In this document: positions 44,848 through 55,305 of the stretch, piece after piece | Layout: every line of letters starts with the position of its first letter | Numbering within the stretch: position 1 is the first letter of the stretch | Assembly: GCA_963815075.1 (NCBI GenBank) | Contig: CAWFFK010000004.1 | Span: forward strand, 12,589 to 76,588 | DNA length: 64,000 nt | Source: an uncultured Bacteroidales bacterium | Lineage (GTDB): Bacteria; Bacteroidota; Bacteroidia; Bacteroidales; VadinHA17 | Direction: 5' to 3' | Made by a program: the position numbers and the translations under genes | Notes under the pieces: model-generated | What the model was told of the DNA's origin: nothing | What the model saw: only the letters and a program-made list of their open reading frames with translations | Databases searched by the model: none

Positions 44848-45037
44848 TCATTTAAAATTGGTTAAATAAACGATAGATAATTTGAATTAGGAATAAGGTA
44901 AAAGTCACAATTATTTATTGAAGAATAGTTTAAATTTTGTGCAAATTGTGACTGAAAATTAAAGAATGAAAGGAAAAATCGAACCTGGTTTTCGTTTATG
45001 CAGCAAAGTGATCTTGCAGAATATGTAAACGAACGGG

Positions 45038-48000
45038 TTACTTTAATTTCCTGATAAATTGAGAAGGAGAAATCCCGAATTGCTTCTGGAAACTGGTTGC
45101 GAAATATGATGGAGATGAGAATCCGACAATGTATGATATTTCATTGATTCTGTAACTTCCTTCCGACAATAACTCTGCTGCTTTTTTAAGCTTTACCAGC
45201 CTGATATATTCTACTGAATTCAGGTCCGTCAGGGCTTTTACCTTTCTGTAAAGAGTTGAAACGCTGGTTCCCAATATATCTGCTATCTTTTCCACACTTA
45301 AATCATTCTCAGAAATATTATCCACTAATATGGAATTTAGTTTTCTAAGGAATTCCTCGTCAGTTTTATTTATTGCAACTGATTTGAAATGAGCAAGAGG
45401 AGAATTTATGAAATTTTGCTGATTGAGACTCCTGTTTTTGATAAGATTAAGAATCTGGGCTTTTAAGAGTTCTGTTGCGAATGGTTTTTCGATATAAGCA
45501 TCTGCCCCTGAATCAAGGCCTTCTATCCTTGCATTCAGATGTATGGTGGCAGTAAGGAGTATAACAGGTATATGGCTGAATTCTATGTTAGATTTAATCT
45601 GTCTGCAAAGTTCATATCCGTTTATAACTGGCATAATAACATCGCTGACAACCAGAATTATATTATATTTCTTAAGTGCCTTCAGCGCTTCGTCGCCATT
45701 ACAAGCAAGGATGACGTTATGATCACCGGATATTTCTTTAGCTATAAATTCCCCCATTTCAACTTCATCCTCTACAAGAAGAATGTTTGGAGAAGTGCTT
45801 TCAAGAGAACCAAAAATTTCAAACTCATTATGTTCACTCAGATTCAATTCATCAGGCTCATATATATTCCTTGAAATTGATTCTTCCTGGTACCTGGTTA
45901 GTTCCAGAACAAATGAATTACACTGCCTTAAATTAGCATCAAGATAAAGTCTGCCATTATGAAGTTCCGCCAGTGACCGGGCCAGAGAAAGTCCTAGTCC
46001 TGTACCTTTTTCCCCCGGTTTATCAAAGTCTATCTGATAAAATGGCTTGAAAATTTTTTCACCAAGTTCTTTTGGTATTAATTTACCATCGCTGTTTACA
46101 CGTATCCTTAATACATCTTCCGGATTTGTTTCGGTTTCGAAAAATAAATCAACTTTCGATTCGGCAAATTTAAAAGCATTTGATAACAGATTACTTAATA
46201 TTTTTGTTATTGCTTCCCTGTCCACAGCCAGACTATAATGATTTACTGCCGAATGCAGCTGAACCGATATCCGTTTTTCTTCACTGTATGAAAGGAATAA
46301 ATTGAATGTTGAATTAACCAACTCAAATAAATCAGTTTTAATAAAATTGAGTTTAAACATTTCTTTCTCAGTCTTCCGGAAATCCAGAAGCTGGTTGGTA
46401 AGGTTCATCAGCCTGTCGGTATTTCGATTAATAATTGAAAGGTTTTCTTCAGTATCCTTTGAATTTGTAATTCCCGACTGTAATATCCTGTCCAGGGGCC
46501 CCTTGATTAAAGTCAGAGGTGTACGCACCTCATGAGTAATATTAGTAAAAAAATTAATTTTTGCATTAAGTATCTCCTTCTCCTTTTGGGTTTCCAGTAT
46601 ATCTATCTTTCTTTGTTGTTCCAGGGTTTTCTTTTTTAAATAAAAGCTAATCAGCGTAAATATGATTGATACTAAAATAAGAATGTAGAGAGCATAAGCT
46701 GGAAGTGAGAACCAGAATGGAGGTGAAATATTAATATCCAGAAGAGCTTCATCAGAGCTCCAGATATTGCCATCAGAAGAAGAAATAACCCTGAACCTGT
46801 ATTCTCCGGGAGAAAGATTGGTATAGTAGACCTTCCTGTTGCCTGATATCAGAACCCAATCAGGATCAGAGCCTTCCATTCTATATTTATACTCTGTCAG
46901 ATTAGGACTCGTATAAGCTGGAGATACAAAGTCAATACTAAAAGAAGACTGATTATATCTTAACGAAATCCGCCTGGTCTCAAGAAGTGATTTGAAATCG
47001 CGCGATCCTGCAGAATTATCAATAAATTCTTTACCATTAACCTGGAATCCTGTAAAATAGACAGGCGGATTGTATGTGTTTACTTTTATATCAGCAGGAT
47101 AAAATGAAATCAGGCCGCTAACTGTGCCGAAATACATTTTACCATGTTTATCCTCATAGGCTGAATTATAACTGAACATATTATCCAAAAGACCATCGTC
47201 TTTTGTATATGTTTTAAATTTATCTGAAGAAGGATCCAGACAAAGAAGACCCCTGGTTGATGTTATCCAAAGATTTCCGAGACCATCCTGCAGGATAGCA
47301 CAATATATTGCAAAATCAATATCCTTGCCAGGTACATATCTGGTAATTTCTTCTGCTGCCCCGTTAATAAAGCTGAAACCATTACCTTCTGTAGTGAACC
47401 AGATCTTATGATTGGTATCCTCATAAATTGAGGTAACATGCTCATCCCTCAGACCTTCATAATCTCCTTTTTCAGACAATATTTTTTTACATATCCCCGA
47501 TAATCTGTCATATTTATACAACCCTTTTCCATAAGTTCCTATCCAGATATTTTTTTGGGAATCCTCAAATAAACAATGGATAAAGGTTCCTGCTGCCACA
47601 TTATCCAGGAATCTGAATGACGATGTCTCCCGGTTAAACTGATATAATCCTATGGTGCTTCCCGCATAAATTGTCCCATCAGTTGTTTTCAGGAATGTAA
47701 CAAATGAATTTGTTCTGAAACCGCTGCTCTTATCATTCATTTCAAAATGACTTTTTAACTTTTGTGCAGGGATGTTTAAGATATATATTCCAATATCGTA
47801 GGTTCCAATCCAGAGGTCATCAGCATCAACCAGTAACCCCTGGATATTTCTGCTGTTTATATTAACATGATTATAACCATCCGTATAGCTGGAAAACAGC
47901 CCCGTTTGATCATCAAATTTCATCAGACCGGCATCTTCGGTACCAACCCAGATATTTCCATATGAGTCAGCATGAATCTCTCTTACAACACTCCCGTTAA

Positions 48001-49039
48001 GTGCTCCGGACAGCCCTGTAGGGTAATACTTTTCAAACGGCTTGTTTTCCTGTGCAAGGTAATTGGCTCCTCCGTAAAAAGTCCCTATCCAGACACCCCC
48101 TTCTCTATCCTTAATAATTGTACGGACTGCATTGTTTGAAATGGAAAAAGGATCTGAACCAACCTTATGAAGATTTGTGACATAGCCCGTCTTCAGGTTA
48201 TAAATAAAAATACCAGTTTCCGTACCAATCCAGATTTCCTTGTCACTGTTCAAATATGTTGTTCGTATAAAGATATTATTCCATTTATTGTCTTTTTCGA
48301 ATAAATTTATTACTCTCCCGGTATTTGGTTCAAATTGCCTTAAGCCTGCAATATTGGTAGATACTATCAGTCCAAAATTGCCTGCATCCAGGATGTTTCC
48401 AAGTTGAACAGAAGCAGATATTTCTTTTTTGGTAAGAATCATGTACCCGATAAAACTATCACTTCGTGCATCATATTTATAGATTTTACCATCAGTGGCC
48501 GACACCCAGACATCTCCCGCACTTGTCAATGAAATATTTCTTGGTTCAAAGTATTTAACTGAAGGATAAAAGTTTAGCTTTTTACTCCTTTTATCATATC
48601 TGTATAACCCTGAATAAGTTGCTATCCATATACAATTTTTATTATCAGCCTTAACATCAATTACCATTCCTCCAATTTTGTAATTTTCTGATTCAATTGT
48701 CCCAAAATAATCATTATCAGGCAAATAGTAACAGACTCCCTCCGAGGTGCCAATCCAGATACAGCCCTCACCGTCTTCGCATAATGATATAATGAAATTG
48801 TTTTTAAGGCAATTTGAAACCGACGGGTTGTGAAGGAAAATTTTAAACTGAAATCCATCAAACCTGCTTAGTCCCTCTTTGGTGCCAAACCAGATAAAAC
48901 CTCTCCTATCCTGCATGCAGGCCATGACAGTATTATTCGATAAACCATTATCATTCCTGTAATGCCTGAAATAAAAGGTTCTTCCACTGGTAACCAGGGA
49001 TAATAATGAAACAATAAATGATATAATGAAAAATCTCAT
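45038..49039 (-). CDS. Hybrid two-component system sensor/regulator (HTCS)
   Basis: Beta-propeller repeats, YTNLSPGEY (Y_Y_Y), TM helix, THEVRTPL, GTGLGL, receiver SDVIMP, AraC HTH VGFSSPSYF. Confidence 0.96.
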   Translation of the reverse strand: MRFFIISFIVSLLSLVTSGRTFYFRHYRNDNGLSNNTVMACMQDRRGFIWFGTKEGLSRFDGFQFKIFLHNPSVSNCLKNNFIISLCEDGEGCIWIGTSEGVCYYLPDNDYFGTIESENYKIGGMVIDVKADNKNCIWIATYSGLYRYDKRSKKLNFYPSVKYFEPRNISLTSAGDVWVSATDGKIYKYDARSDSFIGYMILTKKEISASVQLGNILDAGNFGLIVSTNIAGLRQFEPNTGRVINLFEKDNKWNNIFIRTTYLNSDKEIWIGTETGIFIYNLKTGYVTNLHKVGSDPFSISNNAVRTIIKDREGGVWIGTFYGGANYLAQENKPFEKYYPTGLSGALNGSVVREIHADSYGNIWVGTEDAGLMKFDDQTGLFSSYTDGYNHVNINSRNIQGLLVDADDLWIGTYDIGIYILNIPAQKLKSHFEMNDKSSGFRTNSFVTFLKTTDGTIYAGSTIGLYQFNRETSSFRFLDNVAAGTFIHCLFEDSQKNIWIGTYGKGLYKYDRLSGICKKILSEKGDYEGLRDEHVTSIYEDTNHKIWFTTEGNGFSFINGAAEEITRYVPGKDIDFAIYCAILQDGLGNLWITSTRGLLCLDPSSDKFKTYTKDDGLLDNMFSYNSAYEDKHGKMYFGTVSGLISFYPADIKVNTYNPPVYFTGFQVNGKEFIDNSAGSRDFKSLLETRRISLRYNQSSFSIDFVSPAYTSPNLTEYKYRMEGSDPDWVLISGNRKVYYTNLSPGEYRFRVISSSDGNIWSSDEALLDINISPPFWFSLPAYALYILILVSIIFTLISFYLKKKTLEQQRKIDILETQKEKEILNAKINFFTNITHEVRTPLTLIKGPLDRILQSGITNSKDTEENLSIINRNTDRLMNLTNQLLDFRKTEKEMFKLNFIKTDLFELVNSTFNLFLSYSEEKRISVQLHSAVNHYSLAVDREAITKILSNLLSNAFKFAESKVDLFFETETNPEDVLRIRVNSDGKLIPKELGEKIFKPFYQIDFDKPGEKGTGLGLSLARSLAELHNGRLYLDANLRQCNSFVLELTRYQEESISRNIYEPDELNLSEHNEFEIFGSLESTSPNILLVEDEVEMGEFIAKEISGDHNVILACNGDEALKALKKYNIILVVSDVIMPVINGYELCRQIKSNIEFSHIPVILLTATIHLNARIEGLDSGADAYIEKPFATELLKAQILNLIKNRSLNQQNFINSPLAHFKSVAINKTDEEFLRKLNSILVDNISENDLSVEKIADILGTSVSTLYRKVKALTDLNSVEYIRLVKLKKAAELLSEGSYRINEISYIVGFSSPSYFATSFQKQFGISPSQFIRKLK

Positions 49040-49081
49040 TCCTGTAATTTATAAAACTTCTATGGAGTATTGAAGATTATT

Positions 49082-49089
49082 CAAAGATA
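49082..49089 (-). promoter_or_regulatory. -7 box upstream of the HTCS gene
   Basis: TATCTTTG on the minus strand about 43 nt before the start codon. Confidence 0.55.
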
Positions 49090-49214
49090 ATTTATGGATT
49101 AACATTAAACATAAAATTCTGATCTTAAATGAAAGTATCATGATAATGAAACATGTTAATTTCATTTGTGAGCATTTGAAGTGAGGATTGTCATTTCCTA
49201 TGGGATCTTCTTTT

Positions 49215-49323
49215 GAATAAGAAAGAGGCTGGTCTCACCTGAAAGACAGCCTCTTTCTAATAAACCCAAGTCTAACTAACCAATACAAAGTAATACTAAC
49301 TACACAAATATTGCTTTGGCATA
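49215..49323 (-). ncRNA. Putative trans-acting sRNA between susD2 and HTCS
   Basis: Separated from susD2 by a terminator, G/U-rich body with repeated GUUAG, own terminator-like hairpin AGAAAGAGGCUG..CAGCCUCUUUCU (49220-49258). Ends approximate. Confidence 0.45.
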
Positions 49324-49355
49324 TCAGGCAAGAAGTTACAATTAAGAATCAGTAG

Positions 49356-49391
49356 TTAATTAAAAGAATCAGCCAAATGCTTCAAATAATC
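49356..49391. repeat. 36-bp block, copy 1 (32/36 identical to 55013-55048)
   Basis: TTAATTAAAAGAATCAGCCAAATGCTTCAAATAATC, followed closely by GTCAGGA as in copy 2. Confidence 0.85.
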
Positions 49392-49409
49392 AGTCAGGAG
49401 TACTTTCAG

Positions 49410-49442
49410 AAAAAAAAGGGGAATACTCACTGGTATTCCCCT
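49410..49442 (-). terminator. Intrinsic terminator after susD2
   Basis: AGGGGAATAC/GTATTCCCCT stem with an adjacent A run that reads as a U tract on the minus strand. Confidence 0.8.
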
Positions 49443-49504
49443 CAATTTTTTAGATAATGTCAGGATAACATTACATCACCAAAATGTAATCTGATTTCCT
49501 TGCA

Positions 49505-51334
49505 TTACCGGTATGCCTCATTTTGATCGCACAATTTATTTTTCAATATTTCATCAGTTGGAATTGGCATATCCATCTTTAAAAGAACGAAATCAAAATT
49601 ACGGTAAGTATTCCATGCATCCTGTACCAGAGGGCTGGTGTTCGGATAACCTACCCCTTTTGGATAATTGATGTTAATGTGATCCTCCATAAACCCTGAA
49701 CGTATCAAATCCTGAGCAAGACACCATTCAGCATTGAATTCCTTACGACGTTCCTGGCCCAGGGCTACCAGCCATACCGGAGAAGCAAAACCTTTGGCAG
49801 CTTTTAACGAGGTATAATAAGTCTGCGCATCAGGAACAGTTACTGTGGCTGAATTGAATGGAAGAGGATAAGCAGCAGGCTTTACTATATCAGTAGCGCC
49901 GTTAGCTAAAAAGAATTGAGCCATGTTTTGATAATAAGGAAGGTAGGTAGCAGTTAATGCAGCCTCCTTACCAACTTCCAGATTACCCCAGGCGCGGTCA
50001 CGAATTTGATTAATATAGCCCCAGGCGGTTGCATCATTGGCACCATTCAAATGGAACAGGCATTCTGCGCGGTCCAATAAAACATTTGCATAACGTTTGT
50101 AATAGATCTGTTGAGGGCCCCATGGTGCCTGATAGTTTGCACGGGTTGTACGGAAATATTTTAAAGTCCAGATGGAAGGAGCAGCTTCACCACCCATTAA
50201 AAAATGATAATGAGTATTTAATGAATCACCAACTGAATAATTCACCTGAAGATATGGATTGTAACCATAGTTAGTGGCAGATCTCCATGCAGGATCAATA
50301 TTTGTTACTTTACCGGTGACAGCTGAAGCTTCACGACGTTTATCGCCTGGTTCATAACAACTCCACCATTCCCATGAAAGGTACAAGGTACCCCATCCAC
50401 CCACAGATGGAGGAGCTACAAAATGGATCATCCAGTTGTGAGCCTGGGATAGATTGGACCATTGGTTCCATTGTGAACCTTCGTCAAGAACTTCTTCCCA
50501 GATACATTCTTTTGTCCAGACAGCTCCCGGATCATACAAAGTAGTAAATGAAGCATTTAACTCATATTTACCACTCTGAATTACCTGTAATAAAGCGGCA
50601 TCTGCTAATGTGTAGTTAGCCTGAGCTTCATCAGGAACACGATATGCTTTCCACATATAAGCTTCTCCAAGGTATGAAAGGGCAAAACCTTTGGTACAAC
50701 GTCCATACTCTCCACCCATTGGGTCCCAGTCAAGTTCATCAGCTGCTGCTTTCAAATCATCAATGATGAAATCCCACATTTCTGCGAATGTTGCAGCACG
50801 GGCTTTTTCCGGAGTGTTAATATAGTTTTCGCCAGTTGCCAGCATAGGCACACGACCGAAAGCTTTTGCCAGCCACATATAGTAGAAAGCACGGATGCAT
50901 CTGGCCTGACCGTCAAGCGAAGTTTTTACAGAAGAAGTAATTTTATCTGCGCTACCAAGACCGGCGAGGAAATCGTTGCAACGGGAAATTGCTGTATAGG
51001 CCTGTCTCCACCCGCTCAACAGTTCCGGGCTACCAGGAGTCCAATTTTGCTGGTTCCAGTCTTTGTCCCACCCTGTTGCCTGAGTATCCATTGTCGGGTG
51101 GCCACCTATAAACAAGTTTGGTTTGATACCCCAGTCTCCGTCGATATCTGTCGGAAGCATCATAGTATAGCAACCAATAAGACCGGCTTTAGCATCAGCA
51201 TCTGACTTAAACATTTGATCGGCAGCCAGAATGGAATAGTGATCCACCGACAAATAGTCCTTTTTGCAGGAGGTTATTCCTAACAGAAATAACACACTTG
51301 AAACTGTAAAAAATATTTTTGATATATTTTTCAT
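49505..51334 (-). CDS. susD: SusD/RagB family lipoprotein (PUL2)
   Basis: Lipobox ITSC from ATG 51334; GQARCIRAFYY..FGRVP, RYANVLLDRAE, ERRKEFNAE, PIPTDE..QN. Confidence 0.92.
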   Translation of the reverse strand: MKNISKIFFTVSSVLFLLGITSCKKDYLSVDHYSILAADQMFKSDADAKAGLIGCYTMMLPTDIDGDWGIKPNLFIGGHPTMDTQATGWDKDWNQQNWTPGSPELLSGWRQAYTAISRCNDFLAGLGSADKITSSVKTSLDGQARCIRAFYYMWLAKAFGRVPMLATGENYINTPEKARAATFAEMWDFIIDDLKAAADELDWDPMGGEYGRCTKGFALSYLGEAYMWKAYRVPDEAQANYTLADAALLQVIQSGKYELNASFTTLYDPGAVWTKECIWEEVLDEGSQWNQWSNLSQAHNWMIHFVAPPSVGGWGTLYLSWEWWSCYEPGDKRREASAVTGKVTNIDPAWRSATNYGYNPYLQVNYSVGDSLNTHYHFLMGGEAAPSIWTLKYFRTTRANYQAPWGPQQIYYKRYANVLLDRAECLFHLNGANDATAWGYINQIRDRAWGNLEVGKEAALTATYLPYYQNMAQFFLANGATDIVKPAAYPLPFNSATVTVPDAQTYYTSLKAAKGFASPVWLVALGQERRKEFNAEWCLAQDLIRSGFMEDHININYPKGVGYPNTSPLVQDAWNTYRNFDFVLLKMDMPIPTDEILKNKLCDQNEAYR

Positions 51335-51361
51335 AATGTTAATCATATTTATGTGTAACAA

Positions 51362-54300
51362 TTAGAATTGAATGGTCAAACCAAATGAAAAAATTCGTGG
51401 GTTAGGATAACGTCCTGTATCCAAACCTGTAAAGAGCACACTTCCTTGTCCGGCTTCAGGATCACCATATTTGTTGTAACTGGAGAAGCAGAATAAGTTT
51501 TGGATAGAAGCGTAGATACGTGCACTTTCAAAGTGTATTGAATTCAACACATTACTGCTAAGATTATACCCAATCTGAACATTACTGACTCTAAAGAAAT
51601 CCCCTTTTTTAACCCACTCGTCAGAACCACGCATGTTGTAATTCAAATCCAGAAATGACAATCTCGACATAGTGGTGCTATGATTTTCTGGTGTCCATGC
51701 ATCTGCTGCAACCTCTTTTAAGACGTTGGGCGTTGTACTGTTATCACTCGGGAACATGTTAGATAATGTCATTGCAGAGTAAGAATAGATTTTTGCGCCA
51801 TATACTCCATAAGAGTAAATTGAGATATCCCAATTCTTATAAGCAGCGTTTAAGGTCAAGCCGTAGTTTAATTTAGGAAAACCATTACCTAAGACAGTCC
51901 TATCCATATCATCAATAAATCCATCACCATTAATGTCTTTATACCTGAAATCACCAGGAACAGTCGTTGACCCATTATTGTATCCTCCAGGGTGACCTGC
52001 AGCTATAGCAGCATCGTTGTAGGTATTAATTTCATCCTGAGATTGGTATATACCATCTACCTGATATCCCCAGAAAGAACCTACGGCATAACCTTCACGA
52101 CAAATTGAGTGACCGTTCCAGTGCGTACCTGAAGTAGCTCCTACTGCAGCTTGATTGGAACCGTCAGGACTCCCATTAGGCCATGATGAGTTTTCACTGA
52201 ACAGATCAGCACCCATTTTTATAATTTTGTTTTTTAAGGTTGAACCTGTTAACAGGGCACTGACATTCCAATCAGGATTAATTTGCTTCTTATAGCTTAG
52301 ACTGAATTCAAGACCTTTATTCTGAATATCTCCGTAGTTGGTATATACCTGGGTGTAACCGGATGAAGGGCGTATTGACTGGTACAACAACAAATCTTTA
52401 GACGTCCTGATGAAATAATCTACGGTAACAGTCAGTTGATTTTGCAATAAACCCAGGTCAATACCTATGTCACTTTGTTCATTGGTCTCCCATTTCAACC
52501 TGGGATCAGTTAATGTTGGGGCATAACCGGTAGCTAATTGTCTTGAAGTATTCATTCCTGATTGTCCGTTCTGTCCATAAAAAAAGTATTGAATCTTATC
52601 TGTAGTTAATGCTGTAACAGATAGATCTGTCGGACCTCCTGAGTTACCGGTCTGTCCCCAACTCAAACGAAGTTTCAAATTACTTATAGTCGGATTGCTT
52701 CTCAGGAAATCCTCCTGTGAAATACGCCATGCAACAGCAGCTGACGGGAAGGTACCCCACCTGTTATCGGCACCGAAATTAGAAGAACCATCCCGGCGCA
52801 CGGTTCCATAAAGGATATAACGATCCTTCAAAGTATATTGGAGACGACCGAAGTAAGATAATCCACGGGTTTGAAGGTCATAAGCACCAAGTCCACTCCT
52901 TGCAGTAGGATCTTTAGTCAAACTGACATCACGGATATTAGCTGCAGGGAAATCATTTCCGGAGGCATTACTCCAGTTTCCGAAGCCCTTGTTTACGGTA
53001 TTACCTGCCATTAAAGTCAAATTGTGAATTTCATTCTGCCAATTGTAAGTCAGATAACTTTCAATAGCAAGATTGTTATAATTGCTATTGTTGATTCCTA
53101 AATAATACTTGGCATCGTAATTCCACAATGGAATCTCTGTTACCCCGTCAGACAAGTAACGTTTATGATTACCCGAAAAGCGATACCAGTTGACTGTGGA
53201 ATAATTATAAGATGCTATTGTTTTGAAAGTTAAACCATTAAACAATTTAATATTGGCATTAACACTGAGAAGCACCTGGTTAAGTTTGGTTATACCATTA
53301 TTTTCCATCTGAACAGCATAAATGTTATCACCCAGATTCCCATCGTTTGAGCCAACACCGCCTTGTTCAGCAATACCAAAAGTTCCATTTGCGTTTTTAA
53401 CTTTAGGACTTACAATCTGATTAGTTATGGGGTCAACATAATCCATTGTGGGACACGTGAAAGCCCAGTCACGTTGAGAAGAAAGGTTCCCGTTATTACC
53501 ATTAGCAAAATTACTACCATGTGATTCTGAATGAATGAAATTGAGATCACTACCGATCTCAAGGAAATCAGCCACTCTGTTAACTATATTGGCACGACCG
53601 GTCAGACGCTTGTAATTTGAATTTATAACGATACCGTCATTATTCAGATAACCTACTGATAAGTTAGACTGGGTCTTTTCCGTACCTCCTGAAGCTGAAA
53701 GATTATATTGCTGTTTAAGGGAAACGCGCGTCATTTCCTTTTGCCAGTTAATGTCGTTTCTTTGACCGTCATATTGAGCGGCCCAGATTTGGTTAGCCAG
53801 AATTCCACCATCGTTTGCGCGCGCTGTACGTATATTTGCTGCATACTGGTCAACATTACAAACATCCAATGTATTAGCTAATGTTTGGACACTAAAGTCT
53901 GATGAAAGAGTAAAACGTGTTTTACCTGTTGTACCATGTTTAGTAGTAATCATGATAACACCATTAGCTCCGGCTGCACCGTATATAGCTGTAGCAGAAG
54001 CATCTTTTAATATTTCAATGCTCGATACATCATTTGGGTTAAGAAAATTGACGTTTGTGCCTACCTGTACACCATCTAATACATAAAGCGGATTAGCGCT
54101 ACCGTTAATGGTTGCAACACCACGAATATGAATGGCTGAGTTTGCATCTGGAGCACCATCTTGTGCTGTAACAACAACACCCGCGGCCTGTCCTTTTATA
54201 CCTTGCAAAATGTTCGTAGGAGCTTTTTTCAACATTTCGTCTCTGGTAACTGAAACAACAGATCCGGAAATATCACTTTTCTTTGCAGTACCATAACCAA

Positions 54301-54724
54301 CAACAATAACCTCTTCCAGATTTAACACCACCGGATTCATTATAACATCAATGGTATTCTGTCCTTGTATCTGAACTTTTTCAGTAGTATAACCAATATA
54401 AGTAAAAACAAGGGTTTTAGCTGAATTTGGAAGAACAATAGAATAACTTCCTGTTGCATCAGTTATCGCACCTACTGCAGTTCCTTCAACGGATACGTTA
54501 ACGCCTATAAGAAATTCATTTGTCTTAGCATCCCGAACGGTACCAGAAACTTTCTGTTGCTGATCACTGACAGCCGGACTATAAGCTAAACCTAAATCCA
54601 GCCCTAAGGCATTAAAAGTGGTTAAAATACTTAAAATAACAGTTAGTTTTAAAGGCAGAAGCAGTCCTCTTAGTTTCCCATGTGGAAAACAATAGGTCAT
54701 GAAATAAAAACAGTATTTCTTCAT
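51362..54724 (-). CDS. susC: SusC/RagA TonB-dependent transporter (PUL2)
   Basis: LEEVIVVGYG, ILKDASATAIYGAAGANGVIMITTK, LKWET, terminal Phe; no STN domain. Confidence 0.95.
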   Translation of the reverse strand: MKKYCFYFMTYCFPHGKLRGLLLPLKLTVILSILTTFNALGLDLGLAYSPAVSDQQQKVSGTVRDAKTNEFLIGVNVSVEGTAVGAITDATGSYSIVLPNSAKTLVFTYIGYTTEKVQIQGQNTIDVIMNPVVLNLEEVIVVGYGTAKKSDISGSVVSVTRDEMLKKAPTNILQGIKGQAAGVVVTAQDGAPDANSAIHIRGVATINGSANPLYVLDGVQVGTNVNFLNPNDVSSIEILKDASATAIYGAAGANGVIMITTKHGTTGKTRFTLSSDFSVQTLANTLDVCNVDQYAANIRTARANDGGILANQIWAAQYDGQRNDINWQKEMTRVSLKQQYNLSASGGTEKTQSNLSVGYLNNDGIVINSNYKRLTGRANIVNRVADFLEIGSDLNFIHSESHGSNFANGNNGNLSSQRDWAFTCPTMDYVDPITNQIVSPKVKNANGTFGIAEQGGVGSNDGNLGDNIYAVQMENNGITKLNQVLLSVNANIKLFNGLTFKTIASYNYSTVNWYRFSGNHKRYLSDGVTEIPLWNYDAKYYLGINNSNYNNLAIESYLTYNWQNEIHNLTLMAGNTVNKGFGNWSNASGNDFPAANIRDVSLTKDPTARSGLGAYDLQTRGLSYFGRLQYTLKDRYILYGTVRRDGSSNFGADNRWGTFPSAAVAWRISQEDFLRSNPTISNLKLRLSWGQTGNSGGPTDLSVTALTTDKIQYFFYGQNGQSGMNTSRQLATGYAPTLTDPRLKWETNEQSDIGIDLGLLQNQLTVTVDYFIRTSKDLLLYQSIRPSSGYTQVYTNYGDIQNKGLEFSLSYKKQINPDWNVSALLTGSTLKNKIIKMGADLFSENSSWPNGSPDGSNQAAVGATSGTHWNGHSICREGYAVGSFWGYQVDGIYQSQDEINTYNDAAIAAGHPGGYNNGSTTVPGDFRYKDINGDGFIDDMDRTVLGNGFPKLNYGLTLNAAYKNWDISIYSYGVYGAKIYSYSAMTLSNMFPSDNSTTPNVLKEVAADAWTPENHSTTMSRLSFLDLNYNMRGSDEWVKKGDFFRVSNVQIGYNLSSNVLNSIHFESARIYASIQNLFCFSSYNKYGDPEAGQGSVLFTGLDTGRYPNPRIFSFGLTIQF

Positions 54725-55012
54725 AGTAAATTAGAGTTAGGTAAATAATTAAATGATTTTTTAAACTAAATACATGTTCTTTAGTTAGTTAATAATGAAA
54801 AAATTCAATTTGTTTAAAAATCAGATCTAAAATTTCTGTCAGGTTACTGGTTTGATTTTACTTTGTTTCATAGGCAAATAAATAATTAATTCAGGTTAGT
54901 TATCTTATACTTTGTTATCTCAAACTTTGTCGGATGATGGAAAACTCTTTCAAAAAAATTAGAATCAAACAGGTTTATCTTTCAAAAACAAGATAATAGT
55001 TAACATTTGTGT

Positions 55013-55048
55013 TTAATTTAAAAAATCAACCAAATGCTTTAAATAATC
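55013..55048. repeat. 36-bp block, copy 2, upstream of susC2 (candidate regulator-binding/promoter region)
   Basis: TTAATTTAAAAAATCAACCAAATGCTTTAAATAATC. Confidence 0.85.
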
Positions 55049-55305
55049 GGTCGGTCAGGATTTTTAGAAAACCTGATTTTTTTTGAATGAAATTTCAAAT
55101 GAAGTGATGAATAATTGCAGAAGCCGTACCTCTCTGCCACATTTGGACAGTCAGGTTTTAATTAATATATATGACTATATTATTGGCATTTATAACCGCA
55201 AAGTTCGAAACGCAAACACAAAGTACGCAAATGCAATATTTTGACATGCATCTCTTTGGGATCTTTTTATAAATCCTTAACAAACTCAAAGAGTAGTTAT
55301 TTTGT

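Noticed and set aside
44903..44953. 10-bp inverted repeat AGTCACAATT/AATTGTGACT as an invertible promoter
   Set aside because: Spacer is only 31 bp, no clear -7 box inside and no recombinase in the window; it may still be an operator.
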